64,000 nt of DNA from IMG/VR virus record IMGVR_UViG_3300025133_000019; one strand, given 5' to 3'. The position numbers were made by a program, and so were the translations under genes. This document shows, one piece after another, positions 38,714 to 48,146 of this stretch (its first letter is position 1; the number at the start of each line of letters is the position of its first letter). The notes under the pieces are model-generated. The model worked only from the letters and a program-made list of their open reading frames with translations. It ran no database searches and was not told the origin of the DNA. The DNA is from a virus (Duplodnaviria > Heunggongvirae > Uroviricota > Caudoviricetes).

Positions 38714-41708
38714 AAATATATCCTGTATCCAGTTTTTTCTTGGCTAAAACCCAAACTTGATTTCCGTCAACTTTTTTGTGAAAACCATTTAATCCCTCTT
38801 TCTTAAACCTCAGTTTTTGTGGGATAGATGTATAAGGAGGAGAATAAGTTTGACCTCTATTATATAAATTAGACGCTAGACTCAGAGTGGGTAAATAAAT
38901 CTTTTCAAATCCTTTAGCCCTTATAAATTTAATGAAGTTTTTCAGGAGTAAGTAAGAGATTTTTTCTATCGGAAAAACTTGTTTCATATTCTCTTTTCCA
39001 AATATATGAGAAAAATCTGTTTGAATCTCGTCAATCCAAACAGACTCATTATCCTTATCCCCAGTAATATCTTTTCCTAGCGAATAACGCACCCATCCTA
39101 TTGTTAAGTTTCCTTTTACGAATGGATGACTGGATTGATTTACCATAGCGTCTATTTTCTTTTCGTTCAATTTGTGTAATTTTGGTGGGATTAGACTTCT
39201 GGGGATTACAAGCATCATAGCGTGGTTCGTGGTAGGAAATATTTTTTGCATCCCAGACCATATAACATGCTTTATCACTCCTTTGTTTAGTATTAAGTTT
39301 CTTAATTCTTTTATTTCCGAGGCTATCTCAGGGTCGCTTATATCTAGAGTTTTGGTCCCTAGGTCTTGTTCATTTCTAGATAAATCTGGTTTAGGCTGTT
39401 TTAAACCTTCGGGCTCAAGTTTCTCGGAGTGAAAGCTACGAGATTCAACTATAAACTCCACAGGAATTTTGAATTCAGAATTTAATTTTCCACGGTATTC
39501 CTTGATTTTTTGTTGTTGCTCGTTTTTTGGTAGACTCTTGTCTAAGTTTTGAACAAATTTCTTAACAAGAGGAGATACATGGGTTTGGTTGTACTCTCTG
39601 ATTAAATTATTTGTGTGCTTGTCTTCTGTTAAATCAAGCTTTTCTATAGTAACCCAATCCACAAACCCAAGATTGTTTTTCTTTAGATATCGTACTAAAT
39701 CATATAAAGAAGCCGGAGTGTTTTTCGAGATTTCTACTTGTTCAGGGGATTTGTGCGGTTTATGGAGAGGATTTTCGGCAAGTTTGTTTAGAATTTCATC
39801 AGAAACAAACTTAAGGTTTTCGTGGCTCTTTTCCACTGCAAATCTAGCCAGTTCTAAGTTCTCTTTCAGTTCATCGGAGGCATACTGGAAGTTAGTATGA
39901 AATTTTTCAATCGCATGCTTAGCGAGGTCGAAATTATTTTTCAATTCATCTGAAACGTACTCAAAATTATAAGGATTTCTATTAATCGCCCGCCAAGCCA
40001 GTTCAAAGTTCCCTCTTAATTCATCGGAAGTATATCGGAAATTGTGAGACCTTTCTTTAACTGCCCATGTAGCAAATGCTAAATTATTTTTTAATTCATC
40101 AGAAACAAATTCGAAATTGCTGGGTTCTAGTTGAATAGCCCATGTAGCCAGATTTACGTCCCCTTTCAATTCATCAGAAACATGCTGGAAATTGTATGGA
40201 TAGTCTTTAATCGCCAGTTTAGCAATCTCTAAGTTATTTTTTAATTCCTCAGAAATAAATTGTAAACTATAAGGATCTTTTTCAATTGCCCACTTAACCA
40301 GTTCGAAATTATTTTTCAACTCATCGGAAATGTTATTGAAATTATAAGAATTTTTTCCAATCGCTAGTTTAGCCAGTTCAAAGTTTCCTTTTAACTCCTC
40401 AGACACATACTGGAAGTTCTTAAAATTTCTTTCAACTGCGTATACAGCCAATGCTAAATTATTCTTCAACTCATTAGAGACTTGCTCGTAATTATAAGAA
40501 CTCTCTCCAACCGCTAGTTTAGCTAGTTCTAAATTATTTTTCAACTCATCGGAAACATACTGGAAGTTATGGGGATTTCTGGTAACAGCGAATTTAGAGA
40601 ACTCTAGGTGCCCTTTCAATTCATCAGAAACGGACTCAAAATTGTGGGGGTCTAATCTAATAGCTATTGTAGCAAGTTCTAGGTTCCCTTTCAACTCATC
40701 AGAAACAGTGCGGAAATTACCGGAAGACTGACTAACCGAAATTCTAGCAAGTTCTAGGTTCCCTTTCAACTCATCAGAAACATTCCAGAAATTAGAAGGA
40801 CTTTTCCCAATCGCATACTTAGCTAGCTCCAGATCCCCTTTCAACTCATCGGAAACATACAAGAAATTCTCAGGATCTTTCCCAACCGCCCACGTAGCAA
40901 ATTCTAAATTTCCTCTCAATTCATCAGAAACAAATTGGAAACTATCAGGATCTTTTCCAATCGCTAGTTTAGCCAGTTCTATATTCCCTCTTAATTCCTC
41001 AGAAACGTATTCAAAATTCTTAGGGCTTTTTTTAACCGCAAGTGTAGCGAGTTCTAGGTTCCCTCTCGATTCCAGGGGGACAAGACGGAAATTGTAAGCG
41101 TATTTTTCGGTTGCGTACTTGGCTAGCTCTATGTTTCCTCTGGCTTCCTCAGAGACGTGCTCAAAATTACCATAATAATAACTAACCGCAAATTTAGCCA
41201 GTTCTAAGTTGCCTTTCAATTTATCGGAAACATGTTGGAAGTTCTTAGGGCTCTTTTCAATCGCTAACTTAGCCAGCTCTAAATTGTTCTTTAACTCATA
41301 GGATACATACCAGTAGTTCTTAGGGCTCTTTTCAATCGAATATTTAGCCAGCTCTAAATTATCCCTCAATTCCTCAGAAACGTGTTGGTAATTATGATAA
41401 TTCTCTGTAATCGCTACTTTAGCCAGTTCTAAGTTATTCTTCAACTCGTCGGACACATACTGAAAATTATAAGTGTTTTCCCCAATCGCAAATTTAGCCA
41501 GTTCTAAATTATTCCTAAGTCTCTCAGAAACATGCTGGAAATTGAAAGTCCCCATTTTAATAGCTAGTTTAGCCAGTTCTAGATTATCTTTATATTCTTC
41601 GGGGAACTTTCCAAAAGAGCGTGAGTCTTTGTTCAGTTCTTTTTTATAGTGATCCAGGCTTTCAGCCAGTCTTACTAATCTAGATATTTCTTGTTCAATG
41701 GATTTCAC
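38700..41708 (-). CDS. DUF4116-like tandem-repeat protein, larger paralog (1002 aa)
   Basis: About 17 repeat units plus the same C-terminal domain (HKSPEQ(I/V)EISKNTP...GQTYSPPYTS). Confidence 0.65.
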   Translation of the reverse strand: MKSIEQEISRLVRLAESLDHYKKELNKDSRSFGKFPEEYKDNLELAKLAIKMGTFNFQHVSERLRNNLELAKFAIGENTYNFQYVSDELKNNLELAKVAITENYHNYQHVSEELRDNLELAKYSIEKSPKNYWYVSYELKNNLELAKLAIEKSPKNFQHVSDKLKGNLELAKFAVSYYYGNFEHVSEEARGNIELAKYATEKYAYNFRLVPLESRGNLELATLAVKKSPKNFEYVSEELRGNIELAKLAIGKDPDSFQFVSDELRGNLEFATWAVGKDPENFLYVSDELKGDLELAKYAIGKSPSNFWNVSDELKGNLELARISVSQSSGNFRTVSDELKGNLELATIAIRLDPHNFESVSDELKGHLEFSKFAVTRNPHNFQYVSDELKNNLELAKLAVGESSYNYEQVSNELKNNLALAVYAVERNFKNFQYVSEELKGNFELAKLAIGKNSYNFNNISDELKNNFELVKWAIEKDPYSLQFISEELKNNLEIAKLAIKDYPYNFQHVSDELKGDVNLATWAIQLEPSNFEFVSDELKNNLAFATWAVKERSHNFRYTSDELRGNFELAWRAINRNPYNFEYVSDELKNNFDLAKHAIEKFHTNFQYASDELKENLELARFAVEKSHENLKFVSDEILNKLAENPLHKPHKSPEQVEISKNTPASLYDLVRYLKKNNLGFVDWVTIEKLDLTEDKHTNNLIREYNQTHVSPLVKKFVQNLDKSLPKNEQQQKIKEYRGKLNSEFKIPVEFIVESRSFHSEKLEPEGLKQPKPDLSRNEQDLGTKTLDISDPEIASEIKELRNLILNKGVIKHVIWSGMQKIFPTTNHAMMLVIPRSLIPPKLHKLNEKKIDAMVNQSSHPFVKGNLTIGWVRYSLGKDITGDKDNESVWIDEIQTDFSHIFGKENMKQVFPIEKISYLLLKNFIKFIRAKGFEKIYLPTLSLASNLYNRGQTYSPPYTSIPQKLRFKKEGLNGFHKKVDGNQVWVLAKKKLDTGYIFDWN

Positions 41709-42217
41709 TCAGTCAATTCCCCTATCGCTTCAACAAGGTCTTTAGGCAAGGTTCTGGTGCTGACCGCCTTAAGGTCCATTAGTCTGATGAAAATCCCTGT
41801 AATCTCGGGGTCATTATATAATACCTCTCTTATTTCCTTAGGAGTATTGTATATATCATTCCAATGCTTTTTTACAGCTTCCCTGAAGATTTCTATTATA
41901 TCTGGGTCCTTGCTCAGTTGTTGCGTTAATTCTTCAGACATATAGGTTATAACGTACCAGTTAGCCAGTACACATTTCTTAGCCATCAAGTATAAATCAG
42001 GCTCTTTATATATCTGTTCTTTAAACTTTGGGGGTATGTAATCTATGTTTCTCCAGTGGTTTTCTACGCATTTCTTAGCTATAAGGCATACTTCAGGACT
42101 TTTTTCTAACTCTTCTCTTATATTATCTGGGATATAGTGTATTCTCGACCAATTATTCTGTACAGCCCTAATAGCAAGTGCGTACTCTCTTTGGGAGTTA
42201 GTTTTTAGTTCTGTCAT
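41705..42217 (-). CDS. repeat protein with four ~32-aa units (NHWRNIDYIP...LYLMAKKCV)
   Basis: Internal repeats visible in the translation. Confidence 0.5.
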   Translation of the reverse strand: MTELKTNSQREYALAIRAVQNNWSRIHYIPDNIREELEKSPEVCLIAKKCVENHWRNIDYIPPKFKEQIYKEPDLYLMAKKCVLANWYVITYMSEELTQQLSKDPDIIEIFREAVKKHWNDIYNTPKEIREVLYNDPEITGIFIRLMDLKAVSTRTLPKDLVEAIGELTE

Positions 42218-42283
42218 TTTTCTAGCCTTAATGAAGTTTATACACTATATTCTTACTGCATATAAAAAAATTACTCGAAGTTC

Positions 42284-42312
42284 TTGACAAAACCTAGATA
42301 CTAGTTTATTAT
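42284..42312 (+). promoter_or_regulatory. sigma70-like promoter TTGACA-N17-TATTAT
   Basis: Upstream of the first family gene in the 42.4-55.6 kb island. Confidence 0.35.
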
Positions 42313-42458
42313 TGTTATAAGATTAGAAAAAAGGATATACCATGATTTCAGTAACACTATATAACGAACTTGAGGAAGGCGGATTGTAACGATCTCTTAC
42401 ATATCATCGTTTGAGATCCGTTTGGTATTACCAACGGATTTTTTTATGCCTATAAAAA

Positions 42459-42713
42459 TTGGGGGACAAAACATATAACACCGAAGACCTGGATTGCCAC
42501 GGTAAACCTTATGACGATGCAGTAGCACTAGAGGATAAAGTAGAAGACCTAAGAGGATCACTAGAACACATGATTCTTTTGGACGATTGCTGGGGGTGGG
42601 ACGACTATAGCTATATGGTAAGATCGCCAGGAGTAGAATTATATGTTGGTTCTGAGGTGTCGTCTAAATACATTATGGGTTTTATCAACAAAACAGCAAA
42701 GGAAGTTGTATAA
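42459..42713 (+). CDS. DLDCNGNPY-family small protein (divergent)
   Basis: TEDLDCHGKPYDDAVAL. Confidence 0.5.
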   Translation: MGDKTYNTEDLDCHGKPYDDAVALEDKVEDLRGSLEHMILLDDCWGWDDYSYMVRSPGVELYVGSEVSSKYIMGFINKTAKEVV

Positions 42714-42865
42714 AAAATATGCCGAGGTCGTATAATTAGGAGAGGTTAACCTCTCAGGACACTATCTGGATTATAGAGGTGGCGGTGGGACCCCGTTCCT
42801 TGGCTCTAAAAAATAGGAAAACGTAGTAAACAGAAGTAAACGCTAGTAATAGCGACGTAATTCGG

Positions 42866-42951
42866 TGCAGGATAGAGAAGTCTGGTATCTCGGGTGTCTC
42901 ATAAGCACTTTACTTGTAGTGAGTACGAAGGTTCGAATCCTCCTCCTGCCT
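42866..42951 (+). tRNA. class II tRNA-like gene with a CAU anticodon (Met-type loop CTCATAA)
   Basis: D-arm GAGA/TCTC, anticodon stem GGTGT/GCACT, variable arm TACT-TGTAGTG-AGTA, T-arm GAAGG-TTCGAAT-CCTCC (one A-C mismatch), acceptor TGCAGGA/TCCTGCC (T-C at positions 1-72). Confidence 0.45.
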
Positions 42952-42954
42952 TAG

Positions 42955-42990
42955 AAAAACCCTGTGATAGACTCGTATCACAGGGTTTTT
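42955..42990. terminator. bidirectional rho-independent terminator
   Basis: AAAAA-CCCTGTGATA-GACTCG-TATCACAGGG-TTTTT. Confidence 0.7.
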
Positions 42991-43060
42991 CTCTTCCTAT
43001 AAGTTTGATAGTTATTTAGTAACCCGTTGGTTCGAATCCGGACCCTGCAAGGAATATTAA

Positions 43061-43912
43061 ATGACACAAGAAAGAGAGACTCTGGACGAGTACAAAGAAA
43101 ATCCCAATCACTGCGAAGAGTGCGCAAAACCCATACTTTTAGAAGAAACCTCTATTTATTACCTGAGAGCAACAAGATTTTGTAGTAATAAGTGTATAAG
43201 CGACTTTGTTTTAAAAGAAAACAGAGCTGGGAGCACCAATGGCGGGAGGGTCATGGCGATAAGATCACGCCAAGAAGCTTTATTTAAGTATTACGAGAAT
43301 CCTAAAGAATGCAAACACTGTGGCTCTGTTATTCAGGTTAAGGGGAATCAGAAACTGGGTGAGGTTAGGGCTAAGAAATTTTGCTGCAAATCTTGCGCAG
43401 CTAAATTTAATAATAGAGCTTATCCAAAAAGGAGGGGTATTTTTAGTGGCTTCTGTAGGGAATGCGGAGATTCTGTTTCTTACACGTATAATCTTAAAAG
43501 TAAAAGTTACAGCAAAAGAAAGTATTGTATAAAATGCCTCTCGGAAGTAAGATCTAAGTTGGCCCGAGCGAACCAGTCGGTGAGGTATTCTAAGCCTGAG
43601 TTACCTAAAAGAACCAAGGGAAGTCTGAAGGTTAACTCCAAATATTGGGTTCAATACAGGTCTAAAATACAGAAACATGCTAAACAATCTCTTTTAAAAG
43701 CAAACCTCCCAAAAGTTTGTGCTTATTGTGGATATTCCTTACATGTTGACACCTGCCACATTAAAGATGTAAAAGATTTTCCTGATACAGCTACAGTAGA
43801 GGAAATCAATTCCATGGATAATTTAGTTTACCTGTGCAAGAACCATCAGTGGGAGTTTGATAATGGGTATATAACCAAGGAAGATATTTCCCGAGATCTT
43901 GACACCCCTTAA
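43061..43912 (+). CDS. zinc-ribbon-rich HNH endonuclease
   Basis: Multiple CxxC pairs. C-terminal HNH motif DTCHIKD...NLVYLCKNHQWEFDNG. Confidence 0.6.
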   Translation: MTQERETLDEYKENPNHCEECAKPILLEETSIYYLRATRFCSNKCISDFVLKENRAGSTNGGRVMAIRSRQEALFKYYENPKECKHCGSVIQVKGNQKLGEVRAKKFCCKSCAAKFNNRAYPKRRGIFSGFCRECGDSVSYTYNLKSKSYSKRKYCIKCLSEVRSKLARANQSVRYSKPELPKRTKGSLKVNSKYWVQYRSKIQKHAKQSLLKANLPKVCAYCGYSLHVDTCHIKDVKDFPDTATVEEINSMDNLVYLCKNHQWEFDNGYITKEDISRDLDTP

Positions 43913-44381
43913 ATCCCTAGTTAAACTTATTGGTAACAAGGCGGAATTTATGAAACTCTGTAACGAAATTTTGGAGTCTGTATGGTTTCCAAGGGGCAAT
44001 GACTGGTTTATAAAAAATGGATTGCTAGGGATACCTCTTGATCTGATAGACAAAATAGAAGGTGACTACGAGGGACATATAGATTATTTGAAAATGGAGA
44101 TTGAGGGTAAAACCTTTGACGAGCACGGAAACCTTAGAAAGTGGCGCAAAGGCCCAGAAGGATTCCCTAGCGAGGAGACCTACGACGAACACGGAAACAT
44201 CACAAGGTATAGATCTTCTTTGGGCATGAATTATGACAAGGTTTATGATGAACACAGAAATCTAACATACTATAAAGACTATAATACCTCAGAAGAGTGG
44301 GAAAGAGACTATGACGAACTGGGGAATATCTTGGTTCACCGAGATTCTGATGGTAACTGTGATAACTATGAATACAAATAA
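43899..44381 (+). CDS. repeat protein (YDEHGN-type short repeats)
   Basis: DEHGNLRKW, YDEHGNITRY, YDEHRNLTYY, YDELGNILVH. Confidence 0.45.
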   Translation: MTPLKSLVKLIGNKAEFMKLCNEILESVWFPRGNDWFIKNGLLGIPLDLIDKIEGDYEGHIDYLKMEIEGKTFDEHGNLRKWRKGPEGFPSEETYDEHGNITRYRSSLGMNYDKVYDEHRNLTYYKDYNTSEEWERDYDELGNILVHRDSDGNCDNYEYK

Positions 44382-44488
44382 ACTGAGAAAAACAAGGATA
44401 GCTAACTTCTACATAAAACAAAGAGATAACTTTGAAAATTCCGGAGTTTAGTTTACAATAGAAATAACAGTAAATTTTAGGAGGACAC

Positions 44489-45313
44489 ATGAGTCACTTT
44501 GTATTATTAGTAGTAGGCGATAATATAGACAAACAATTAGAGCCTTATAACCAAGATGTTAGCGGAACAGAACCGTGGGCTGAATTCTTAGATCAAAGAG
44601 CAGATCCGGATACCCAAGAAGACTATAAATCAGGGTCTGCCCAATTTTATTATTGTTCGTTACGTGAGAAATGGATTTCCAAATACCGCCTTGCAGATGA
44701 ACGTATACCCAAAGATTCGGTTACTTTAGAAGAAAAGTTTTATAGAGATGTAATGACTTTTACTGAATATTTGGAAAATTGGTGTGGGTTTTCCTTTCAC
44801 GAAAACCTGGATACGTATGGTTACCACAGAAATCCTAATGCTCAATGGGATTGGTACGAAGTAGGAGGAAGATGGGACGGAACTTTACTTTTGAAGGAGG
44901 GTTTAAAAGGAACCCTTGGAGTGGTAGGAAGACACGGAAGAGATGAGAACCTTACGGAACGTCGTACATCTATAGCAAGAGTAGGAGACGTGGATTGGGC
45001 GGGAATGGCTCAAGAAGGGCTAGATCAAGGCGAGAAATCTTGGAGTGAAGCAGCCGGGGAAGATCCGGGAACACGTTATTTTAGGTATGGGATAGACCAA
45101 GACGATACCAAAGAATCTTACCTAAAAAAATGCTCTGGCCCTTCGTTTTTCGCTTACCTAAAAGATGGAAAATGGTTTAGCAAAGGTGACATGGGCTGGT
45201 TTGGAATCAGTTATAATGAGTGCGATCCTGATGTATGGAGAGGTGACTTAACAGGGATGCTAGAATCTTTAGACCCTGATACCACAATCACAGTAGTAGA
45301 TTGTCATATATAA
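44489..45313 (+). CDS. hypothetical protein
   Basis: 274-aa ORF with a strong SD (AGGAGG) and a WDWYEVGGRW motif. Confidence 0.55.
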   Translation: MSHFVLLVVGDNIDKQLEPYNQDVSGTEPWAEFLDQRADPDTQEDYKSGSAQFYYCSLREKWISKYRLADERIPKDSVTLEEKFYRDVMTFTEYLENWCGFSFHENLDTYGYHRNPNAQWDWYEVGGRWDGTLLLKEGLKGTLGVVGRHGRDENLTERRTSIARVGDVDWAGMAQEGLDQGEKSWSEAAGEDPGTRYFRYGIDQDDTKESYLKKCSGPSFFAYLKDGKWFSKGDMGWFGISYNECDPDVWRGDLTGMLESLDPDTTITVVDCHI

Positions 45314-45329
45314 CGGAAGAAAAAAGGTT

Positions 45330-45614
45330 TTGATAACACAAGGAGATATGATGAGTACACAAAAGTTAAAAGAACTAGAACAACTAGAACCAAGATTAAT
45401 AGAGTTGATAAATCAAGTTGGAGCTGGACGAGCCATGAAGCTAGCGCAGCAACAATGGAAGAAGCTTTTGGAGACTTACGGAGGGGAACTTTCGATAGGC
45501 CCTTGTGTGTCTATGCTAGTTCCTTGTGAATGTGAAGTGAGTCCCTATAATTGTGACTGGTGCTGTGGTTCACAACAGGTGACCAGAAAAGTCAAGGAAG
45601 CCAAAAGCAAATAA
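45330..45614 (+). CDS. hypothetical small Cys-rich protein
   Basis: 94-aa ORF with SD AAGGAG. Confidence 0.4.
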   Translation: MITQGDMMSTQKLKELEQLEPRLIELINQVGAGRAMKLAQQQWKKLLETYGGELSIGPCVSMLVPCECEVSPYNCDWCCGSQQVTRKVKEAKSK

Positions 45615-45676
45615 ACCGGGATTACAAAGAGTTAAATTCTTGTTAATACAAAGAAACCGGGATTAAGAAAGGTATT

Positions 45677-46054
45677 ATGCAAAGAAAAGTAATATTAGCA
45701 GAACAGCCTAAGGACTCTATTAATATAAATGATCCAGAAATAGATTACCGTTTACTAGTAGCCTTTCGAACCGGAGAGTACCCCACTTTTTTCACGTTTT
45801 CCTTTGGTGGTTATGAAGAAGAGGAGTGGCATTGGATTGCCACTAGTTTTGAGGGTAACTCTACAGGATTCCCTAGTCTACCAGACAAAAAATCGGAGAA
45901 CGGAGGATTAAAGGAAGCTGTCAGAACAGTGACTGAAGAAGACCCTGAGGATTGGGAAGTTGTTCTTTATGATACCATGGAACTAAAGCACCAAGCGCTA
46001 ATAGAGTTTATACAATCCAAAGGACCTTACATTATAAAACTTTTCTCGGAGTAA
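45677..46054 (+). CDS. small acidic protein, full-length member of 'family E'
   Basis: Homologous fragments lie at 48147-48300 (N-terminal) and 50033-50268 (C-terminal). Confidence 0.5.
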   Translation: MQRKVILAEQPKDSININDPEIDYRLLVAFRTGEYPTFFTFSFGGYEEEEWHWIATSFEGNSTGFPSLPDKKSENGGLKEAVRTVTEEDPEDWEVVLYDTMELKHQALIEFIQSKGPYIIKLFSE

Positions 46055-46056
46055 CT

Positions 46057-46377
46057 ATGGAATATAATCTAGAAGACCTAGACTGCAACGGAAATCCTTA
46101 TGCTGATGCTATACCGCTAGGAGAGCAGGCCAGTAAAGTTTCTGGTTTTAATAAACCTGTTCACTGGCCTTTTATGCCTGTAATAGGGGAGCGAATTATA
46201 ATAGAATCTGTGAGAGGCCGTTATTCCGAAGAAGTTGTTAAAATAGACTTGGTTAATGAATGGATTCATACTACTCATGAACCTCACAGACATTGGACTT
46301 TTTGTTCTCGTTCGTGGAGTCCTGATAATAGGTTTTCTAGAGACACTTATCAACTCGGAGTAATGGTAAGACCGTGA
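46057..46377 (+). CDS. DLDCNGNPY-family small protein
   Basis: EDLDCNGNPYADAIPLG...KPVHWPFMPVIGERIIIE. Confidence 0.6.
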   Translation: MEYNLEDLDCNGNPYADAIPLGEQASKVSGFNKPVHWPFMPVIGERIIIESVRGRYSEEVVKIDLVNEWIHTTHEPHRHWTFCSRSWSPDNRFSRDTYQLGVMVRP

Positions 46378-47036
46378 GAACAGAGATAGACTTTACACTT
46401 CAAAAGCAGTCAATTCTAGGGGAGTCTCCTTTGGACCCCAATCTTATGTTAGCTGCTAGCAAAGATAGCAAGTTTGTATGGGTGTTCGCACAACCAGGAC
46501 CCAAAAGTTCTATTGTAGCTGAGAAGTTATCCACAACTTTAGAGGTATTGGAATCTGTTTGTCTAGAAGATAAGTATGAAATGCAAGAAATGTTGAAAAT
46601 TTCTCATAAAGAACTTACCATATTGCAATATTCGTTATACCCTATGAAACGTAACGCACTAAAGGATTTTGGAGAGAACAGGGAAGTAAGTGCTCGGTGC
46701 AGCGAACAGGTGCTTGTCAGACGCTCAGATGTCTTATACCATGATGATCCAAGCATAAATCCCTGTAGAGTTCTTATTTATACCAGAGAACTTGCTCCGT
46801 GTACACTTAAATTACCTGGAGCAGAATCTTTAAATTCTCAGGTTCATTTAGTTGACATAAATGGAAATTTGAATTCTCGTATGTATTGGGTGGGGTTTAA
46901 AGAAGAAGGAAGGTTGTCAACTTATTCTTTTTTAGATATACTGGCTGGAATAGGTTATATTAGAAAAGCCTATTTGTATAGTTCTCAAAAAAATATGAAC
47001 AAAGAGATAAAAGTTATAAAACAGGAGTTGAAGTGA
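46374..47036 (+). CDS. hypothetical protein
   Basis: 220-aa ORF. Confidence 0.5.
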   Translation: MRTEIDFTLQKQSILGESPLDPNLMLAASKDSKFVWVFAQPGPKSSIVAEKLSTTLEVLESVCLEDKYEMQEMLKISHKELTILQYSLYPMKRNALKDFGENREVSARCSEQVLVRRSDVLYHDDPSINPCRVLIYTRELAPCTLKLPGAESLNSQVHLVDINGNLNSRMYWVGFKEEGRLSTYSFLDILAGIGYIRKAYLYSSQKNMNKEIKVIKQELK

Positions 47037-47356
47037 GAGATCAAAAGTATAAACTAGAAGACCTGGATTGCAATGGTAACCCTTATCCAGATGCTATACC
47101 ACTGGGCTTGAGTTGTAGAGTTAAACCAGCTCATTGGCCTTTTGTTCCTGGGGAGAGGATTATAATAGAAGTTCCAGATTATAGGAACATAATTAATTAT
47201 TTCTCCGAAGAGGTTATTAAAGTTGATTTATCGCAAATGCGTGTATACACCACTTATGGTGATACTGGAAATTATTGGGGATATACTTTGGATTATTGGG
47301 GTATAGGATATAAATTCTCAAAAGATACAGGACAACCAGGAGTAACAAAGAGATGA
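47033..47356 (+). CDS. DLDCNGNPY-family small protein
   Basis: EDLDCNGNPYPDAIPLG...KPAHWPFVPGERIIIE. Its C-terminal 20 aa are identical to those of the next gene. Confidence 0.6.
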   Translation: MRDQKYKLEDLDCNGNPYPDAIPLGLSCRVKPAHWPFVPGERIIIEVPDYRNIINYFSEEVIKVDLSQMRVYTTYGDTGNYWGYTLDYWGIGYKFSKDTGQPGVTKR

Positions 47357-47688
47357 AATTAGAATATAAACTGGAAGACTTAGACGCTAACGGAACTCCT
47401 TATAGCGATGCGGTTCCTATTGGATCAGAACCTGTAGCTTCAGGGCAAAAACCTGCTCATTGGCCTTTTGTTCCTGTTCCTGGGGAGAGAATTGTAATAG
47501 AACTTCCTAGGAGTTCTGGAACCCTTTATTACTCGGAAGAAGTTGTTAGGGTTGATTTATCACTGAATCATTATAGTGTATATACTACTTATAATCCAGA
47601 AAGTTATTGGGATTATAGCTTGACTTATTGGGGTATAGGATATAAATTCTCAAAAGATACAGGACAACCAGGAGTAACAAAGAGATGA
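47353..47688 (+). CDS. DLDCNGNPY-family small protein
   Basis: EDLDANGTPYSDAVPIG...KPAHWPFVPVPGERIVIE. Confidence 0.6.
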   Translation: MKLEYKLEDLDANGTPYSDAVPIGSEPVASGQKPAHWPFVPVPGERIVIELPRSSGTLYYSEEVVRVDLSLNHYSVYTTYNPESYWDYSLTYWGIGYKFSKDTGQPGVTKR

Positions 47689-47697
47689 AACTAGTAG

Positions 47698-47853
47698 ATA
47701 TGACTAGTGATGATATAAAGTACAATCCAGAAGACTTAGATTGCCTTATAAAGATGCTGTACCTATTTTTATGACATGGCCTTTAAAAGTGGTTATAGGG
47801 GATATAATTGTGAATCCTAAGGGAATAGCTAGTATAAAATTGGAGGGAGAAGA
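47698..47853 (+). pseudogene. decayed DLDCNGNPY-family copy (internal deletion and frameshift)
   Basis: Reads YNPEDLDC in one frame and PYKDAVPI in another. Confidence 0.4.
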
Positions 47854-48105
47854 ATGAGCGCAACTTTTTTAGGTATATACGGATACTTTCTTTCAAGCTT
47901 GTTTTTTATTTCAGTATGCGCTTTTTTTGACAAAAAGTGGCCCATAGAGTCCAGGAAGGACTTGGCGATTCTCACCTTAGCGGGTGGGATTGCCCTTTGT
48001 CTTTTGCCAATAACGTGTATTCCTGGGATTAGCGATGAAACCTTTTCATTCCAGGAATCAGTTGAATATTGGGTTTATGAATTTCCGTGGGAACAAGAAA
48101 GTTGA
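47854..48105 (+). CDS. small membrane protein, YWFxEYP-family
   Basis: Two TM helices and a C-terminal EYWVYEFPW. Confidence 0.5.
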   Translation: MSATFLGIYGYFLSSLFFISVCAFFDKKWPIESRKDLAILTLAGGIALCLLPITCIPGISDETFSFQESVEYWVYEFPWEQES

Positions 48106-48146
48106 CTCGTACTGGTTACTGTGCCATAATACAAATAAGGAGTAAT

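Noticed and set aside
42714-42860. tRNA starting at GCCGAGG (42721)
   Set aside because: The acceptor-like ends pair (with G-U), but no D-, anticodon- or T-arm can be folded. It contains only a simple palindrome, AGAGGTTAACCTCT.
43000-43060. tRNA 3' fragment around GGTTCGAATCC at 43029
   Set aside because: A T-loop-like sequence is present, but no convincing T stem or matching acceptor strand. It may be a remnant and is not called as a feature.
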